Assembly: GCA_037310415.1 (NCBI GenBank)
Contig: CP147780.1
Span: 672,001 to 736,000, forward strand
Direction: 5' to 3'
Source of the DNA: Candidatus Atabeyarchaeum deiterrae
Lineage (GTDB): Archaea > Asgardarchaeota > Atabeyarchaeia > Atabeyarchaeales > Atabeyarchaeaceae
DNA length: 64,000 bases
Part shown: in pieces, positions 38,882-49,407 of the stretch
How the letters are laid out: each line of letters starts with the position of its first letter
Numbering within the stretch: the stretch's first letter is position 1
The notes under the pieces: model-generated
Database searches by the model: none
What the model saw: the letters and a program-made list of their open reading frames with translations, nothing else
What the model was told of the DNA's origin: nothing
Translations under genes and position numbers: made by a program

Positions 38882-40249
38882 TCAGACTAGTCCCCTTCGT
38901 CTTCTTTCCTCAACAGTCAGTTTGACCGCCCTATCTATAATCTCCCTAGTCTTGCCTAAGTATTTCTGTGGATCGAGAGCATCTGTGATTTCGGCTTCTG
39001 TCACATGGGCTCTCACAAGATTGTTCTCAACGAGTAATCGCCTGAACGGTTTTCTAGTTTTCATTGATTCCATTGCAATTTGTCTCACGAGTTCATGTGC
39101 TTCTTGCCGTCCCATCCCCTTTTTTGCTACTAGGAGCATGATACTCTCGGACATTATTAGTCCCTCTCCCAGCTCCAAATTTCTCTTCATATTCTCAGGC
39201 ATAATACTAAGACCTCTGAGTACACTTGTCATCGTGCTTAGTGTTTCGTCAAGCAATATGCATGCCTGTGGAATAGTGAATCTCTCATTGGCTGAATTCG
39301 TCAAATCACGTTCGTGCCAAAGGGAGATATTCTCAAATGCGACAACAACGAGCGAGCGCATAAGTCTAGCCAAACTGCATATTCGCTCAGACTTCATTGG
39401 ATTCACTTTTGCTGGCATCGTCGAGGACCCCACCTGCTTGTCAATCCTGAACGGTTCGATCAGTTCCCGTATTTCAGTTCTCTGCAAGTTTCGAATCTCG
39501 GTAGCGAATTTCTCAAGAGAAGCTGCTATTAGAGCTAAGAGAGAGATGAACTCGGCATGACGATCTCTTTGTACTATTTGAGTCGAGACTTCGACTGGAT
39601 TTAGTCCGAGTTCATTCATCACGACATCTTGGATTTCAAGCATCTTCGGTCCCAAGCCTGCGCCCGTCCCTACTGCCCCGGACATCTTGCCAACAAGTAT
39701 CCTCTTTCTGCACTCATTAAGCCTCTCAACATGCCTTGAGATTTCTCTAAGCCATACGGCGAATTTCAAACCAAGCGTGATTGGAGTTGCATGAACCCCA
39801 TGTGTTCTTCCAGCCATCACTTGGTCTCTGTATTTCTTACAGAGATCCAGTAAGACTGCTTCAAGCTCGTTCACCTTCTGTTGAATGATATCGAGGGCCT
39901 CGCGAATCTGCAGTGCCAAGGCAGTATCCTCAATATCGTAGCTCGTCGCACCGAAGTGGACCCACTTTCCACTATCCCCGCACACTTCGGCAAGAGCTTC
40001 CACCATTGCCATGAGATCATGTTCAATTTCTTTTTCAATCACTTTAACCCGGTCGATTTTGACAAAATTTGTGGAAGCTTTGGCTGTGATGTCTGCTGCG
40101 GCGTCAGAAGGTATGTTCCCGACCGAAGCATTGGCTCTTGCCAAGACAGCCTCGACTAGAAGCCACTTCTGAAGTCTGTTTTCCTCCCTGAATATCCGAC
40201 GCATCTCTTCCGAGCCATATCTCCCGGAATCTATTGGGCAAATAGCCAA
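38882..40249 (-). CDS. purB: Adenylosuccinate lyase
   Basis: HFGATSYD, GRTHG, GSSTMPAKVNP, HERDLTNS. Confidence 0.96.
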   Translation of the reverse strand: MAICPIDSGRYGSEEMRRIFREENRLQKWLLVEAVLARANASVGNIPSDAAADITAKASTNFVKIDRVKVIEKEIEHDLMAMVEALAEVCGDSGKWVHFGATSYDIEDTALALQIREALDIIQQKVNELEAVLLDLCKKYRDQVMAGRTHGVHATPITLGLKFAVWLREISRHVERLNECRKRILVGKMSGAVGTGAGLGPKMLEIQDVVMNELGLNPVEVSTQIVQRDRHAEFISLLALIAASLEKFATEIRNLQRTEIRELIEPFRIDKQVGSSTMPAKVNPMKSERICSLARLMRSLVVVAFENISLWHERDLTNSANERFTIPQACILLDETLSTMTSVLRGLSIMPENMKRNLELGEGLIMSESIMLLVAKKGMGRQEAHELVRQIAMESMKTRKPFRRLLVENNLVRAHVTEAEITDALDPQKYLGKTREIIDRAVKLTVEERRRRGLV

Positions 40250-40359
40250 CAGTTCTCACCTCAAAGGCCAAGTCCAAGTTCGTTTGTTTCAAACAGTGAA
40301 TTGCAGGGTTGTCTTTCTCAGGTACACGTTCTCTCTATGGGCTCGAGTTGTCTAAAACT

Positions 40360-42600
40360 TTACTCTTCAGCACCTAGATCCTCCAGTGTTAGTACTTCCT
40401 GTTTGGATTCCGTGGTCTTTCTTGTCTTGAGTAGATTCCAGTCCGTCTGCTCGAGCGTGGCACCCACCTGTTCGTAGACACTTCTTGCAACATCAGGTCC
40501 AATAGTCGGTATTGACAGAAGTTGAGATGGTTTTGAAGCTCTCAGGTGCCTCAACGTCTTGAGACCCGCATTGTAAAGCATCCTCGCCCTTACTCTGCCA
40601 ATACCTTTAAGTCTGACAAGCTCAAGTAGCTCCTCTTTTACTCCTTCGGTCACGCGATCCCTCACGTCACTCACGAGTGGTATTATATCTTTGCAGTTAA
40701 GTAGTTTAGCGATTTCGTGGGTTGCATAAAGAAGCCAGTCTGCCGATTCAACATATCTGAATATGTCGCCTGAACCAACATCAAACTTTTCAATAATAGT
40801 CTCTTCTGGGAATTCTTCCATCCATGAAAGGAGGAGACGAGTTGTCTTGACCTCTGAAAGGAAACTCTCATACTCGGCTGGTGCGCTCCACGGATCTGGA
40901 ACCTCAACCAAGAACTCATTAAGAGATTCGTCTACGAAGGTTTCTATTTCCTTGTAGTCTCTTCTTCTGAGGTAGGTTGGCTCCATGTCTGGAGTATGAC
41001 ATATCATGCTGATCATGCCCAAGACCGTCTTTCTTCGGTTGTTTTGTATGCCGTCTCTTATGATGACTGCCGACTTTGGGTCTACATAAAGTTCTGAGAC
41101 TCTGTCTCCGAATGGTGTTGCACTCAATTTGCTTCGCTTCACTTCTTTGATCATATTCTCTGAGACTAAGTACTCCAAGACAGTCTCGATGATGCCTTCG
41201 ATGTCCTTCGGATCATATTGGTATCCATAGAAAGTCCTGCTAAGGAACTTCATGATCTCATCCGCGTTGTTCGCAAGGTTCATAGCAATCGAAGAGAGTA
41301 TGTGTGACCTAAGTGCTGATTCTTTTCCGAGCTTCGACCATATCTTCTCAGGCTCACCATTTATGTAAGTATCTAGTAGTGTTGTTTTTTCTTCTCCTCC
41401 TCTGGAAATGAGAATGGCTTCTCCCAGTTTGTCATACTTCGGTCTACCTGCTCTGCCGGCCATCTGTTTGTACTCTAGGACAGGTATTGGATAGTATCCG
41501 AGTCCCGTCTCGTATCTCCTGTAACTATCCAGTATAACCATTCTTGCTGGCAAGTTTACTCCAGCTGCTAGCGTTGGAGTGGCGCAAACGATCTTTATCT
41601 TGTTCTCCCTGAACCCGTTTTCTATGACTCTGCGTTCTTGATATCTCAGGCCTGCGTGGTGGAAGGCTACACTCTTTGTCACTAGCTCTGAGAGCCTCTC
41701 AGTAACCTTGGTCACTTCACCTGTTTTCAGAATCATACTTGAGATCTCTTTGAGTCCTCTTCTCTCAGCACTGGAGGCAAGTGAAGGGATGAGTTTCGCT
41801 ATCCTCGTGGCGAGATTCATCGTTTTCTTTCGGGTATCAGTGAATATGAGTACTTGTCCTCCCTCTTTCACCACACTGGAAGCCAAGTCCACAACTGGAA
41901 CCCCTAACGTTCTTTTGATCTCTCTGATCTCGCCGTCCCCAAAATAGATCAACCCCGAATCTGAGTCGTACACTCCCTCTTTCAGCTTGACTGGTCTCCA
42001 ATCACTAGTCACAAGTTTGGCAGTCAGCCACTTGGCGAGTTCGTCCGCATTACTTATTGTGGCACTCAAGGCGAGGATCTGGGCCTTAGGATTCAACTGC
42101 ATCAGTCTTGCCAAAACAACCTCAAGAGTCGGTCCTCTTTCATGATCATTTATTAAATGTATCTCATCAGCGATGATCGCTGTCAAGTTGCCTATCCATT
42201 TCGCGCGGTGTCTAATTAATGAATCGACCTTTTCGGTTGTTGCTATTATCAGATCACGATCTTCAAGCCACTGATCTGTATTATCCAAGTCACCCGTCGA
42301 CAGAGCCACTCGGACTCCAATCTTCTCATACTTCCTGAATTCATTATACTTCTCGTCTGCCAGTGCCTTAAGCGGAACAAGGTAGACAGCCTTACCTGCC
42401 TTCTCGATTATTGACTTGACCATGCTTAGCTCCGCCATCAGAGTTTTGCCTGATGCTGTAGGGACAGCCAACACTAGGTTCCTGCCTTCAAGAACCCCCT
42501 TATTGACGGCTTCTTCTTGAGGCGGGTACAGGTTGAGGTAGCGTTCCCTCTCCAAGATGGTCTTGACTGGATCCGGAATTAACAGATCTTTGATCTTCAA
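40360..42600 (-). CDS. hel308: Ski2-like DNA helicase Hel308/Hjm
   Basis: PTASGKT, DEIH, SAT, HHAGL, QMAGRAGRP, HhH IGRVRAR. Confidence 0.95.
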   Translation of the reverse strand: MKIKDLLIPDPVKTILERERYLNLYPPQEEAVNKGVLEGRNLVLAVPTASGKTLMAELSMVKSIIEKAGKAVYLVPLKALADEKYNEFRKYEKIGVRVALSTGDLDNTDQWLEDRDLIIATTEKVDSLIRHRAKWIGNLTAIIADEIHLINDHERGPTLEVVLARLMQLNPKAQILALSATISNADELAKWLTAKLVTSDWRPVKLKEGVYDSDSGLIYFGDGEIREIKRTLGVPVVDLASSVVKEGGQVLIFTDTRKKTMNLATRIAKLIPSLASSAERRGLKEISSMILKTGEVTKVTERLSELVTKSVAFHHAGLRYQERRVIENGFRENKIKIVCATPTLAAGVNLPARMVILDSYRRYETGLGYYPIPVLEYKQMAGRAGRPKYDKLGEAILISRGGEEKTTLLDTYINGEPEKIWSKLGKESALRSHILSSIAMNLANNADEIMKFLSRTFYGYQYDPKDIEGIIETVLEYLVSENMIKEVKRSKLSATPFGDRVSELYVDPKSAVIIRDGIQNNRRKTVLGMISMICHTPDMEPTYLRRRDYKEIETFVDESLNEFLVEVPDPWSAPAEYESFLSEVKTTRLLLSWMEEFPEETIIEKFDVGSGDIFRYVESADWLLYATHEIAKLLNCKDIIPLVSDVRDRVTEGVKEELLELVRLKGIGRVRARMLYNAGLKTLRHLRASKPSQLLSIPTIGPDVARSVYEQVGATLEQTDWNLLKTRKTTESKQEVLTLEDLGAEE

Positions 42601-42633
42601 GAATAGGTTAAACCTCTGAAAGCATTTGTTTTC

Positions 42634-44742
42634 CTATGCTTTCTTGACATGCCCTTGCTTCGGTTCAAAGAGCATGCCATCTCTCTTCAGTTGGTCGATG
42701 GTCCTCCTCGTGTATTCCTTTTCCACTCCCTGTGCTGCAGCGGCTTCAACTACCTTCTCTACTTGAACCATTCCTTCCTTGTCCTCTTTTGCAAATTCCG
42801 TCACAAGCTTCAGTACCAAGTCGATTCTGTCGCGTTGGGACTTACTGCTTCCCACCATGATCGTGTCTATGTCTTGTCTGCCAGTCTCTCTGTCTATCCC
42901 AACTTGCTTCAGGGATGTTTTCATCAGGCGGATTACAGCCTCAACATTCTCAATGGTTATCTCCTTTTTCAATCCCATCTTCGCTCTGGCCTCTGCCAGC
43001 CTCACGAGGGCTTCCAACTGTCTTGCAGTTATCGGAACTGGAGACTCAGGATTCTCCCCCATTGCACGAGTCTCCAAATAGAATTCCTGTATCTTTTTCG
43101 CAGCTTCAGTTGTTAGAACTGGTGCCATATTTCTCTTGGCATAACTAATGTACTTTCTTAATAGCTGAGGAGGAACAGGTGCCTCAGTACCAACTCCCTT
43201 TGATGAATGCAACGAAAGCACATGCTCGGCCATCTTCTTATCTCTCTCAGACTCAGGCTTGTCCGTGATTACAAAAATCAGGTCAAATCTGGAGAGAACA
43301 GTGACCGGGAGCGTAATATTCTCAGCAGGATTCTTAAATGCGTTATACCGCCCAAACGCCGGATTAGCTGCTGCAAGAATAGCTGTTCTCGCATTAAGGG
43401 TGGCAACTATCCCAGCCTTGGCAATCGAGATTGTCTGTTGTTCCATCGCCTGATGTATGGCTACTCTATCCTGAGGATTCATCTTGTCAAATTCATCAAC
43501 ACAGGCTACCCCACGATCAGCTAGTACAAGCGCCCCAGCCTCTAGCGTCATGTCACCTGTATCGGCATCTCTGAGTACGGCAGCTGTCAGACCCGCTGCA
43601 CTGGAACCTTTTCCAGAAGTATAGAGGCCCCTAGGTGCGATCTCTGCTGTGTATAGAAGTAACTGGGACTTTGCAGTTCCCGGATCACCCACAAGAAGTA
43701 CGTTTATCTCTCCTCGGATCCTGACGCCATCTGGAAGGGTTTTCGCCACTCCTCCAAAAAGGGCAAGAGCGATAGCCTCTTTGATGTCTTCCAGACCATA
43801 GATTGAAGGGGCTATTGATTTTACTATCTTTTGATAAACCCAGTCATCCTTGGCGAGGTCAAGTATTGTCTGTTCTTCTTCAGGCGATATTTCAACCCTC
43901 TCACTTTCCTTGTCTTTGGTATCAACATAGTTTGTATCCATGTAAGTTCTGAAGGTGGTAAGACGGCCTCTCTTTGGTGCAAAGTCTTGAATCGACATCA
44001 ACACACCAATCAAAGCAACACGATCGCCTGGCCTGGCAGTGTCAACTAGATCCTCCTTCACTATGGCATCTGTAGATCTCGGCATCTGACCAGGCGGGAG
44101 TTCCTCTGGCATCTCTTGGATTCTTATCTTCTGCCAGTCAACAAACTTGGAGTCTTCAGCCAGCAGTGTAAAAGAGCCTTCGCGCTTGCAATTTGGATTA
44201 CTGCACTTGAGTGGCGGAGTGAACCTACCTTCAACTTGTGGGATTTCATCGGTTTTCTGACCACAGCCACATTGAAAGACACCAACCACAAGTTGAGGCT
44301 TAACTTCGCTGACTCTTGTGACAATGCCGTCGACCATGATGAGTTTGCCAATGTGGTTCGCTCTGATCAAGCGGAGTTTTACCTTACTGTCCAAGTTCTT
44401 TAGCCGAGCCTTGAACTCCGCCCCTTTCTCGATTACCTGAAGAACATAGTCGTGATCTTCGAGGTCAACAACGTCCTTGATCGCATCGGAGGCGTACTTT
44501 AGCCACTCAGGTCTATCAATAAGTTGCTTAGCGAGTTGAGGATCGTACCTAAGAAGCTCATTAAAATCGATAACAATAAACCTTTCTCCAGTTAGTGGCA
44601 GTCGCTGGATCATCTCACGATACTTGAGTGACCCAGATTCAGCACGATATGACTTGAAGAACGTCAAGTACCTTTGGTAGACATCAATTTCTTCGTCCGT
44701 TCTTATCGTGGCGCTTTGATTAGTCATTCTTGAGGTTGTCAC
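42634..44742 (-). CDS. mcm: Replicative helicase MCM (no intein)
   Basis: GDPGTAKS, VDEFDKM, AMEQQ, SRFD, ITARQLE. Confidence 0.98.
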   Translation of the reverse strand: MTTSRMTNQSATIRTDEEIDVYQRYLTFFKSYRAESGSLKYREMIQRLPLTGERFIVIDFNELLRYDPQLAKQLIDRPEWLKYASDAIKDVVDLEDHDYVLQVIEKGAEFKARLKNLDSKVKLRLIRANHIGKLIMVDGIVTRVSEVKPQLVVGVFQCGCGQKTDEIPQVEGRFTPPLKCSNPNCKREGSFTLLAEDSKFVDWQKIRIQEMPEELPPGQMPRSTDAIVKEDLVDTARPGDRVALIGVLMSIQDFAPKRGRLTTFRTYMDTNYVDTKDKESERVEISPEEEQTILDLAKDDWVYQKIVKSIAPSIYGLEDIKEAIALALFGGVAKTLPDGVRIRGEINVLLVGDPGTAKSQLLLYTAEIAPRGLYTSGKGSSAAGLTAAVLRDADTGDMTLEAGALVLADRGVACVDEFDKMNPQDRVAIHQAMEQQTISIAKAGIVATLNARTAILAAANPAFGRYNAFKNPAENITLPVTVLSRFDLIFVITDKPESERDKKMAEHVLSLHSSKGVGTEAPVPPQLLRKYISYAKRNMAPVLTTEAAKKIQEFYLETRAMGENPESPVPITARQLEALVRLAEARAKMGLKKEITIENVEAVIRLMKTSLKQVGIDRETGRQDIDTIMVGSSKSQRDRIDLVLKLVTEFAKEDKEGMVQVEKVVEAAAAQGVEKEYTRRTIDQLKRDGMLFEPKQGHVKKA

Positions 44743-44743
44743 C

Positions 44744-45310
44744 TCATTTCCCTAGAATGCCTCTCTCCCAGCTTCTCAACAACGCCGTGAGACGATGGTG
44801 TAGCCACCCTTCCTCGCTTGGCATCAGGTTCGTGATAGCGGGAACGTCATTGCCTCTCAGCGATATTTTCACTATCTTGGATAATCGGACAGATACGATG
44901 TCCCGCAGAAGCGTTTCAAATTGAGCAAGCTCCCTAACGTTGTCAAGACTACGCGTTTCTTTCTTGGCCCTCTCATGAAGTGAGTTTAGGAGTTCCTTCG
45001 CCAGAAAATAGAAATCCTCCGGCAATTTCTGGAGCTGGGTCTCTCTTTGTTCCTTCCAGAGGATCTTCTGAAAATCCTCATAGCTCAACTTAGAACTCTC
45101 TCTAGCTATAGCCATATTAGCTTTGATTAACGCCTCGGCTGCCCATAGAGGCAAAGTGACATCTTGGCCCTTAGGGATCGAGGCGAGATCTCTTCCTGCA
45201 ATGACAAGATCATCTAGGGGCTTTGTGATTGTGACTTTAACTTGTTTGTTATTTCTTTCAAATTCAAATAGCGTAGGGTTGAATTCGAGATCATCCACGT
45301 AAAACACCAT
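44744..45310 (-). CDS. GINS subunit (Gins23/Psf2-like)
   Basis: B-domain LPLWAAEAL followed by A-domain LQKLPEDFY..R..KI; directly upstream of mcm. Confidence 0.85.
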   Translation of the reverse strand: MVFYVDDLEFNPTLFEFERNNKQVKVTITKPLDDLVIAGRDLASIPKGQDVTLPLWAAEALIKANMAIARESSKLSYEDFQKILWKEQRETQLQKLPEDFYFLAKELLNSLHERAKKETRSLDNVRELAQFETLLRDIVSVRLSKIVKISLRGNDVPAITNLMPSEEGWLHHRLTALLRSWERGILGK

Positions 45311-45676
45311 CCTCCTAGAAGATGAGGAATGCTCTTAAATCTTCCATTTTTCCGGGAAATGATCCTGAATGAGTTACTGCCTACAATTTCCACGTTGTTC
45401 AACTTATCGGTGGTGTGCAAACGATCATCCTAGAACTGATTGATAAGCCAGATCAGCGAATGGGTTTTCTCCAAAGTAAGTTTGGTGAATCTCTTGCTAC
45501 CATGAGTTGACGAATGTGAAAGAAAAAAGTCTATAAGATGAAGGTGGTCTACCTTGATTATCTGTGTTGATGATTTACTCCCTGAGTTGTTCCGCTTTTC
45601 GTTTGTCTGCGGACAATAATGTGAATTGTCCCAGTGGCGATTGAAGTTCTTCTGATAATGAGAAGAGGCTGATATA

Positions 45677-46381
45677 ATGAAGAATGGGAATCGCATAATC
45701 GCGGGCTCTTCAACAAGATTAGTGGCGCTAGCAGCTATCATGACTGCGGTTGTCACTGCGGCCACATTCAGTCTCAGAATACCAATACCGGCAACCCAGG
45801 GTTACTTTAACGTTGGAGACTCAATGATTTTCGTGTCAGCGCTTTTGTTTGGTCCTTTAATAGGTGCGTTCTCTGGTGGTGTCGGGTCAATGTTGTCTGA
45901 TATTCTTGCCACTGCACCTTGGTATGCCCCTGGCACTTTGGTCATTAAGGGTCTCGAGGGATTCGTCATCGGATTCCTTTTTCAACGGATCAGATCGGAC
46001 AAGTCGAAAAAATCGGGTAGAGAGAAGTATCTAGCAACTGGATTGATGCTCGCATTTCTCGCTGTGGTAGTTCTCATGGGTCTTTATCTGGGTACCTCGC
46101 AAGATCCTATCATATGGATGGTTGTCTCAGTCGTTCCAACCCTACCAGTGATTGGCATTGTCTACCATTATCGACATGACACTCGTGCAATTGTATGCAC
46201 CCTATTGATGCTTCTAGGTGGAGCAATAATGGTCACTGGTTATTATCTCTATGAATTCTTCGCATTGGGATATGGAATAGGTGCCATAGTAGAAGTGCCT
46301 CTGAATATAGTTCAAGCCTTGGCGAGTGTCATGATTGCTCTGCCCGTATACCTTGGAGTGAGCAGGGCAATATCCGTCTGA
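45677..46381 (+). CDS. ECF transporter S component
   Basis: IPIPATQGYFNVGD, LFGP..GA..GGVGS..SD, IKGLEG; multi-TM. Confidence 0.9.
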   Translation: MKNGNRIIAGSSTRLVALAAIMTAVVTAATFSLRIPIPATQGYFNVGDSMIFVSALLFGPLIGAFSGGVGSMLSDILATAPWYAPGTLVIKGLEGFVIGFLFQRIRSDKSKKSGREKYLATGLMLAFLAVVVLMGLYLGTSQDPIIWMVVSVVPTLPVIGIVYHYRHDTRAIVCTLLMLLGGAIMVTGYYLYEFFALGYGIGAIVEVPLNIVQALASVMIALPVYLGVSRAISV

Positions 46382-46500
46382 ACAATTTCAGTCTCGTAGT
46401 GTCAGGCGCTTCTTTCAGCGCTCAGGCATCGCGAGTTGGCTCGTTGAGATAGCTTTTATATCTGCGTCAATCTGTTTTCGTTTTGCTATTGTGAGCATGA

Positions 46501-47277
46501 TTGGATGTTGATAGAGGGATCCATTTGCATTACATAGTCATGATGGGGACTGCTGGATGCGGAAAATCCACTCTGACAAACGCTTTGGAATCCTACATGA
46601 AACACCATGAACTAGACGTCATAACGGTGAACCTTGATCCAGCCGCCCATAGACTACCTTATACGCCCGACGTTGACATCAGAGACTACGTGGACGTTGA
46701 TGAGGTGATGAATCAACTTGGTCTGGGACCAAACGGAGCCCTAATAGCTGCAGTTGACATGGTCGCAGGGCAAATAGACAAAATCAAAGGCGAGATAGAA
46801 GAATTCAAGGCAGACTATGGCATCATCGATACCCCAGGTCAGGTGGAACTGTTCGCCTATCGTTCCACAGGTCCACTGATTGTGTCCGCCCTCGAAGGGA
46901 AAACCACAGTAAATCTGCATTTACTTGATCCAAATCTAGTTAGAAACTCAAATGGCTTCGTTTCTCTGAGCTTGCTCGGGCTTTCCCTACAGTACAGATT
47001 TAGGGCAGCCCAATTCACCCTGCTCGCCAAAAGCGACCTACTTTCGGAAGAAGAAGTCAATCGGATCATTGGTTGGTCAACTGATCCTTTTGGACTCTAT
47101 GAAGATGTGGACACGGTCGGAAAAGGGGTTACTGGAGACTTGAACAGAATGATCTGTGAGTTGCTTGAGAGAATCGGTTCTCAGAGCGAAATAATACCAG
47201 TCTCTGCTGAGACCAGTGACGGACTGGATCGACTTTACGCAGAACTCGAAAGAATATGGGTAGAGGATAACTTTTAG
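46501..47277 (+). CDS. GPN-loop GTPase
   Basis: GTAGCGKS, NLDPA, GLGPNGAL, DTPGQVE. Confidence 0.95.
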   Translation: MDVDRGIHLHYIVMMGTAGCGKSTLTNALESYMKHHELDVITVNLDPAAHRLPYTPDVDIRDYVDVDEVMNQLGLGPNGALIAAVDMVAGQIDKIKGEIEEFKADYGIIDTPGQVELFAYRSTGPLIVSALEGKTTVNLHLLDPNLVRNSNGFVSLSLLGLSLQYRFRAAQFTLLAKSDLLSEEEVNRIIGWSTDPFGLYEDVDTVGKGVTGDLNRMICELLERIGSQSEIIPVSAETSDGLDRLYAELERIWVEDNF

Positions 47278-47432
47278 GGTTGCTTTTGGCTGCCTTGGAC
47301 ATTACAGACAAGTCTCACCTCCAATGATCTTTAATTCTCCACTGAAAATCCTTATAAATAAGGGATTTCAACTCTTAAAGCGAGTCTTCGGTAAGCACTT
47401 CATACTTCTCTGTTGGTTCTTGGTGATGCATT

Positions 47433-48185
47433 GTGGGCGATAGTAGTGTTGACAGAATAATCAAGGGTGCCTTATCAATTGGAAGGAATTTCTTGCTGGA
47501 GCCGGAGTCGAAGGAAGTTGTCGGCCTTTACGGCATGCCTGTGACCAGGTTCAAGGTGGTTAAGTCAGCTGAGGAAGCAGTGAAATTCGCTACTGAGATA
47601 GGATATCCAGTCGTAGTCAAGATAGTTTCGCCCGACGTTCTCCACAAGAGTGATGTAGGAGCAGTTAAGATCAATCTGAAGAATGCGGAAGAGGTTAAAT
47701 CGGCTTTTGAAGAGATTTCCAAGAACGTTAAGAAGTTTAAGAGCAACGCAAAAATCACTGGGTATATTGTCGAGCAGCTTGCTCCACAAGGTCATGAGGT
47801 CATAGTCGGAATGGCTAAGGATCCACAATTTGGTCCTGCGTTGATGTTCGGACTGGGAGGAATCTTTGTTGAGGTCTTGAAGGATGTATCATTTCGTATT
47901 GCTCCACTCACGGAATATGATGCGCGTGAAATGGTGCAGGAAATAAAAGGATACCCCATATTAACGGGTATCCGAGGTCAGAAACCAGCTGATGTTGACT
48001 CAATTGTAGACATAATCCTCAGAGTTTCAAAACTTGTTACTGAACACCCTGAGATCGAGCAACTGGATCTTAATCCTGTTTTCGTCTACTCAAAGGGGTC
48101 GAAGATCGTAGATGCTAGGATAATCCTGTCACCTGATAGCAAAAACGACGAACGAAGATCGGGCTCTGGAGGAGTGAAGGATTAG
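47433..48185 (+). CDS. acdB: ADP-forming acyl-CoA synthetase beta subunit (ATP-grasp)
   Basis: GYPVVVKIVSPD..HKSDVG, DPQFGP..MFGLGG, LDLNP, VDARI. Confidence 0.9.
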   Translation: MGDSSVDRIIKGALSIGRNFLLEPESKEVVGLYGMPVTRFKVVKSAEEAVKFATEIGYPVVVKIVSPDVLHKSDVGAVKINLKNAEEVKSAFEEISKNVKKFKSNAKITGYIVEQLAPQGHEVIVGMAKDPQFGPALMFGLGGIFVEVLKDVSFRIAPLTEYDAREMVQEIKGYPILTGIRGQKPADVDSIVDIILRVSKLVTEHPEIEQLDLNPVFVYSKGSKIVDARIILSPDSKNDERRSGSGGVKD

Positions 48186-48195
48186 CAGTTTCAGG

Positions 48196-48411
48196 ATGTC
48201 TGAAGCCATTGGCAAGGATGTGTATACTCTAACTGGAAAGCAGGTTGGACGGCTAACTGACCTCCTAATCGATGTTGACTCGAGGTTGGTTTCAGCGGTT
48301 GAAATGAGGGTTAGGAGAAAGAACGGCGGCTTTGAAAGTGAGCGAGTGCTTGTTCCTTACGATATGATTGTTGCACTTGATGACATAGTTCTCGTTGGCG
48401 GCAAGAGGTAA
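48196..48411 (+). CDS. Single PRC-barrel protein
   Basis: IGKDVYTLTGKQVGRLTDLLID..VPY..I.A..DIVLV. Confidence 0.85.
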   Translation: MSEAIGKDVYTLTGKQVGRLTDLLIDVDSRLVSAVEMRVRRKNGGFESERVLVPYDMIVALDDIVLVGGKR

Positions 48412-48472
48412 TGCCAGTCCTATTTCTTGAATTCAGATGCAGTGCCTGATGAACATCCAAGGTGTCTATGCG

Positions 48473-49372
48473 ATGTCTGAGGTTCTCAACAACAAGGTTG
48501 GCCAAGATTTACCTAGGTTGTATGATCAGATGAGGGATCTCAGAAATCAGGTTGAAGACCATTACCAAAAGGCATTAGAGTGGAAAGCGAAAAGAGACGA
48601 GCTGAATAGGACAATAAGTCAGCTTGCTCCCAAATTGAAGGAAGAACGCGAACAACGGAATCATGTGAATGAGAAAGTTGCCGAGCTTAAGGTCATGAGG
48701 CAAGGTTTTGGCAAAGAACTTGAAGAAGCAGAGAATGTAACTAATGGGCTTCTTAAACAAAGGAATGAGTTGGTTCAGTCTCTTGAGGATAACCCAGATC
48801 TTCTTAGAGAGAGGATCAAGAAGCTTGAGTGGTTCCTTCAGACCAATGTACTTAGTATCAGCAAGGAGAACGAGATCGTAAAGGAGATCTCTGGGCTTGA
48901 GAAGAAGTTGATTAAGACAAAAGCGATCGATGGTCTCGACAATAAACTTAACCAAGTTACAGACAGGGTTAGAGCCATCCGTGGAAAAATAAATGAATAC
49001 AAGAACCAGATGATGGAACAGGTCAATCTATCTCAGAACCATCATACGGTGGTTATTGACTTGGCGAAACAGATTGCTGTCATGAAAGGGGAAGCTGACA
49101 ATGCGCATGAGAAGTATCTTGAGGAGTTTGGTCTTGCAAGCCAATCGTTCTCCGACTTGAGGAAGATTCGTGAAAGGATCCGAGAAATAAGCGAAAAAGC
49201 TTATTCCGAGAAGTTCAAGAAGAAAGATGATAGGGTCAGAGATATAGAACAAAGGATGGAGTCTGTAGCTAATCAGGCATTTGAGAAAGTCAAGAAGGGC
49301 AGCAAGATCACAATGGACGAGTTATCCGCTCTTGTTGACAAGGGATTCTTCAAAGAGGAGACTCGGAATTAG
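48473..49372 (+). CDS. Archaeal coiled-coil protein (COG1340-like)
   Basis: Long heptad pattern; KRDELN, LEW..QT..LS...E, EA...H, K.KKG.KIT..EL. Confidence 0.8.
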   Translation: MSEVLNNKVGQDLPRLYDQMRDLRNQVEDHYQKALEWKAKRDELNRTISQLAPKLKEEREQRNHVNEKVAELKVMRQGFGKELEEAENVTNGLLKQRNELVQSLEDNPDLLRERIKKLEWFLQTNVLSISKENEIVKEISGLEKKLIKTKAIDGLDNKLNQVTDRVRAIRGKINEYKNQMMEQVNLSQNHHTVVIDLAKQIAVMKGEADNAHEKYLEEFGLASQSFSDLRKIRERIREISEKAYSEKFKKKDDRVRDIEQRMESVANQAFEKVKKGSKITMDELSALVDKGFFKEETRN

Positions 49373-49407
49373 CATTTTGCCCTTTTCCATAGAAGCTTCT
49401 TGGGGTC

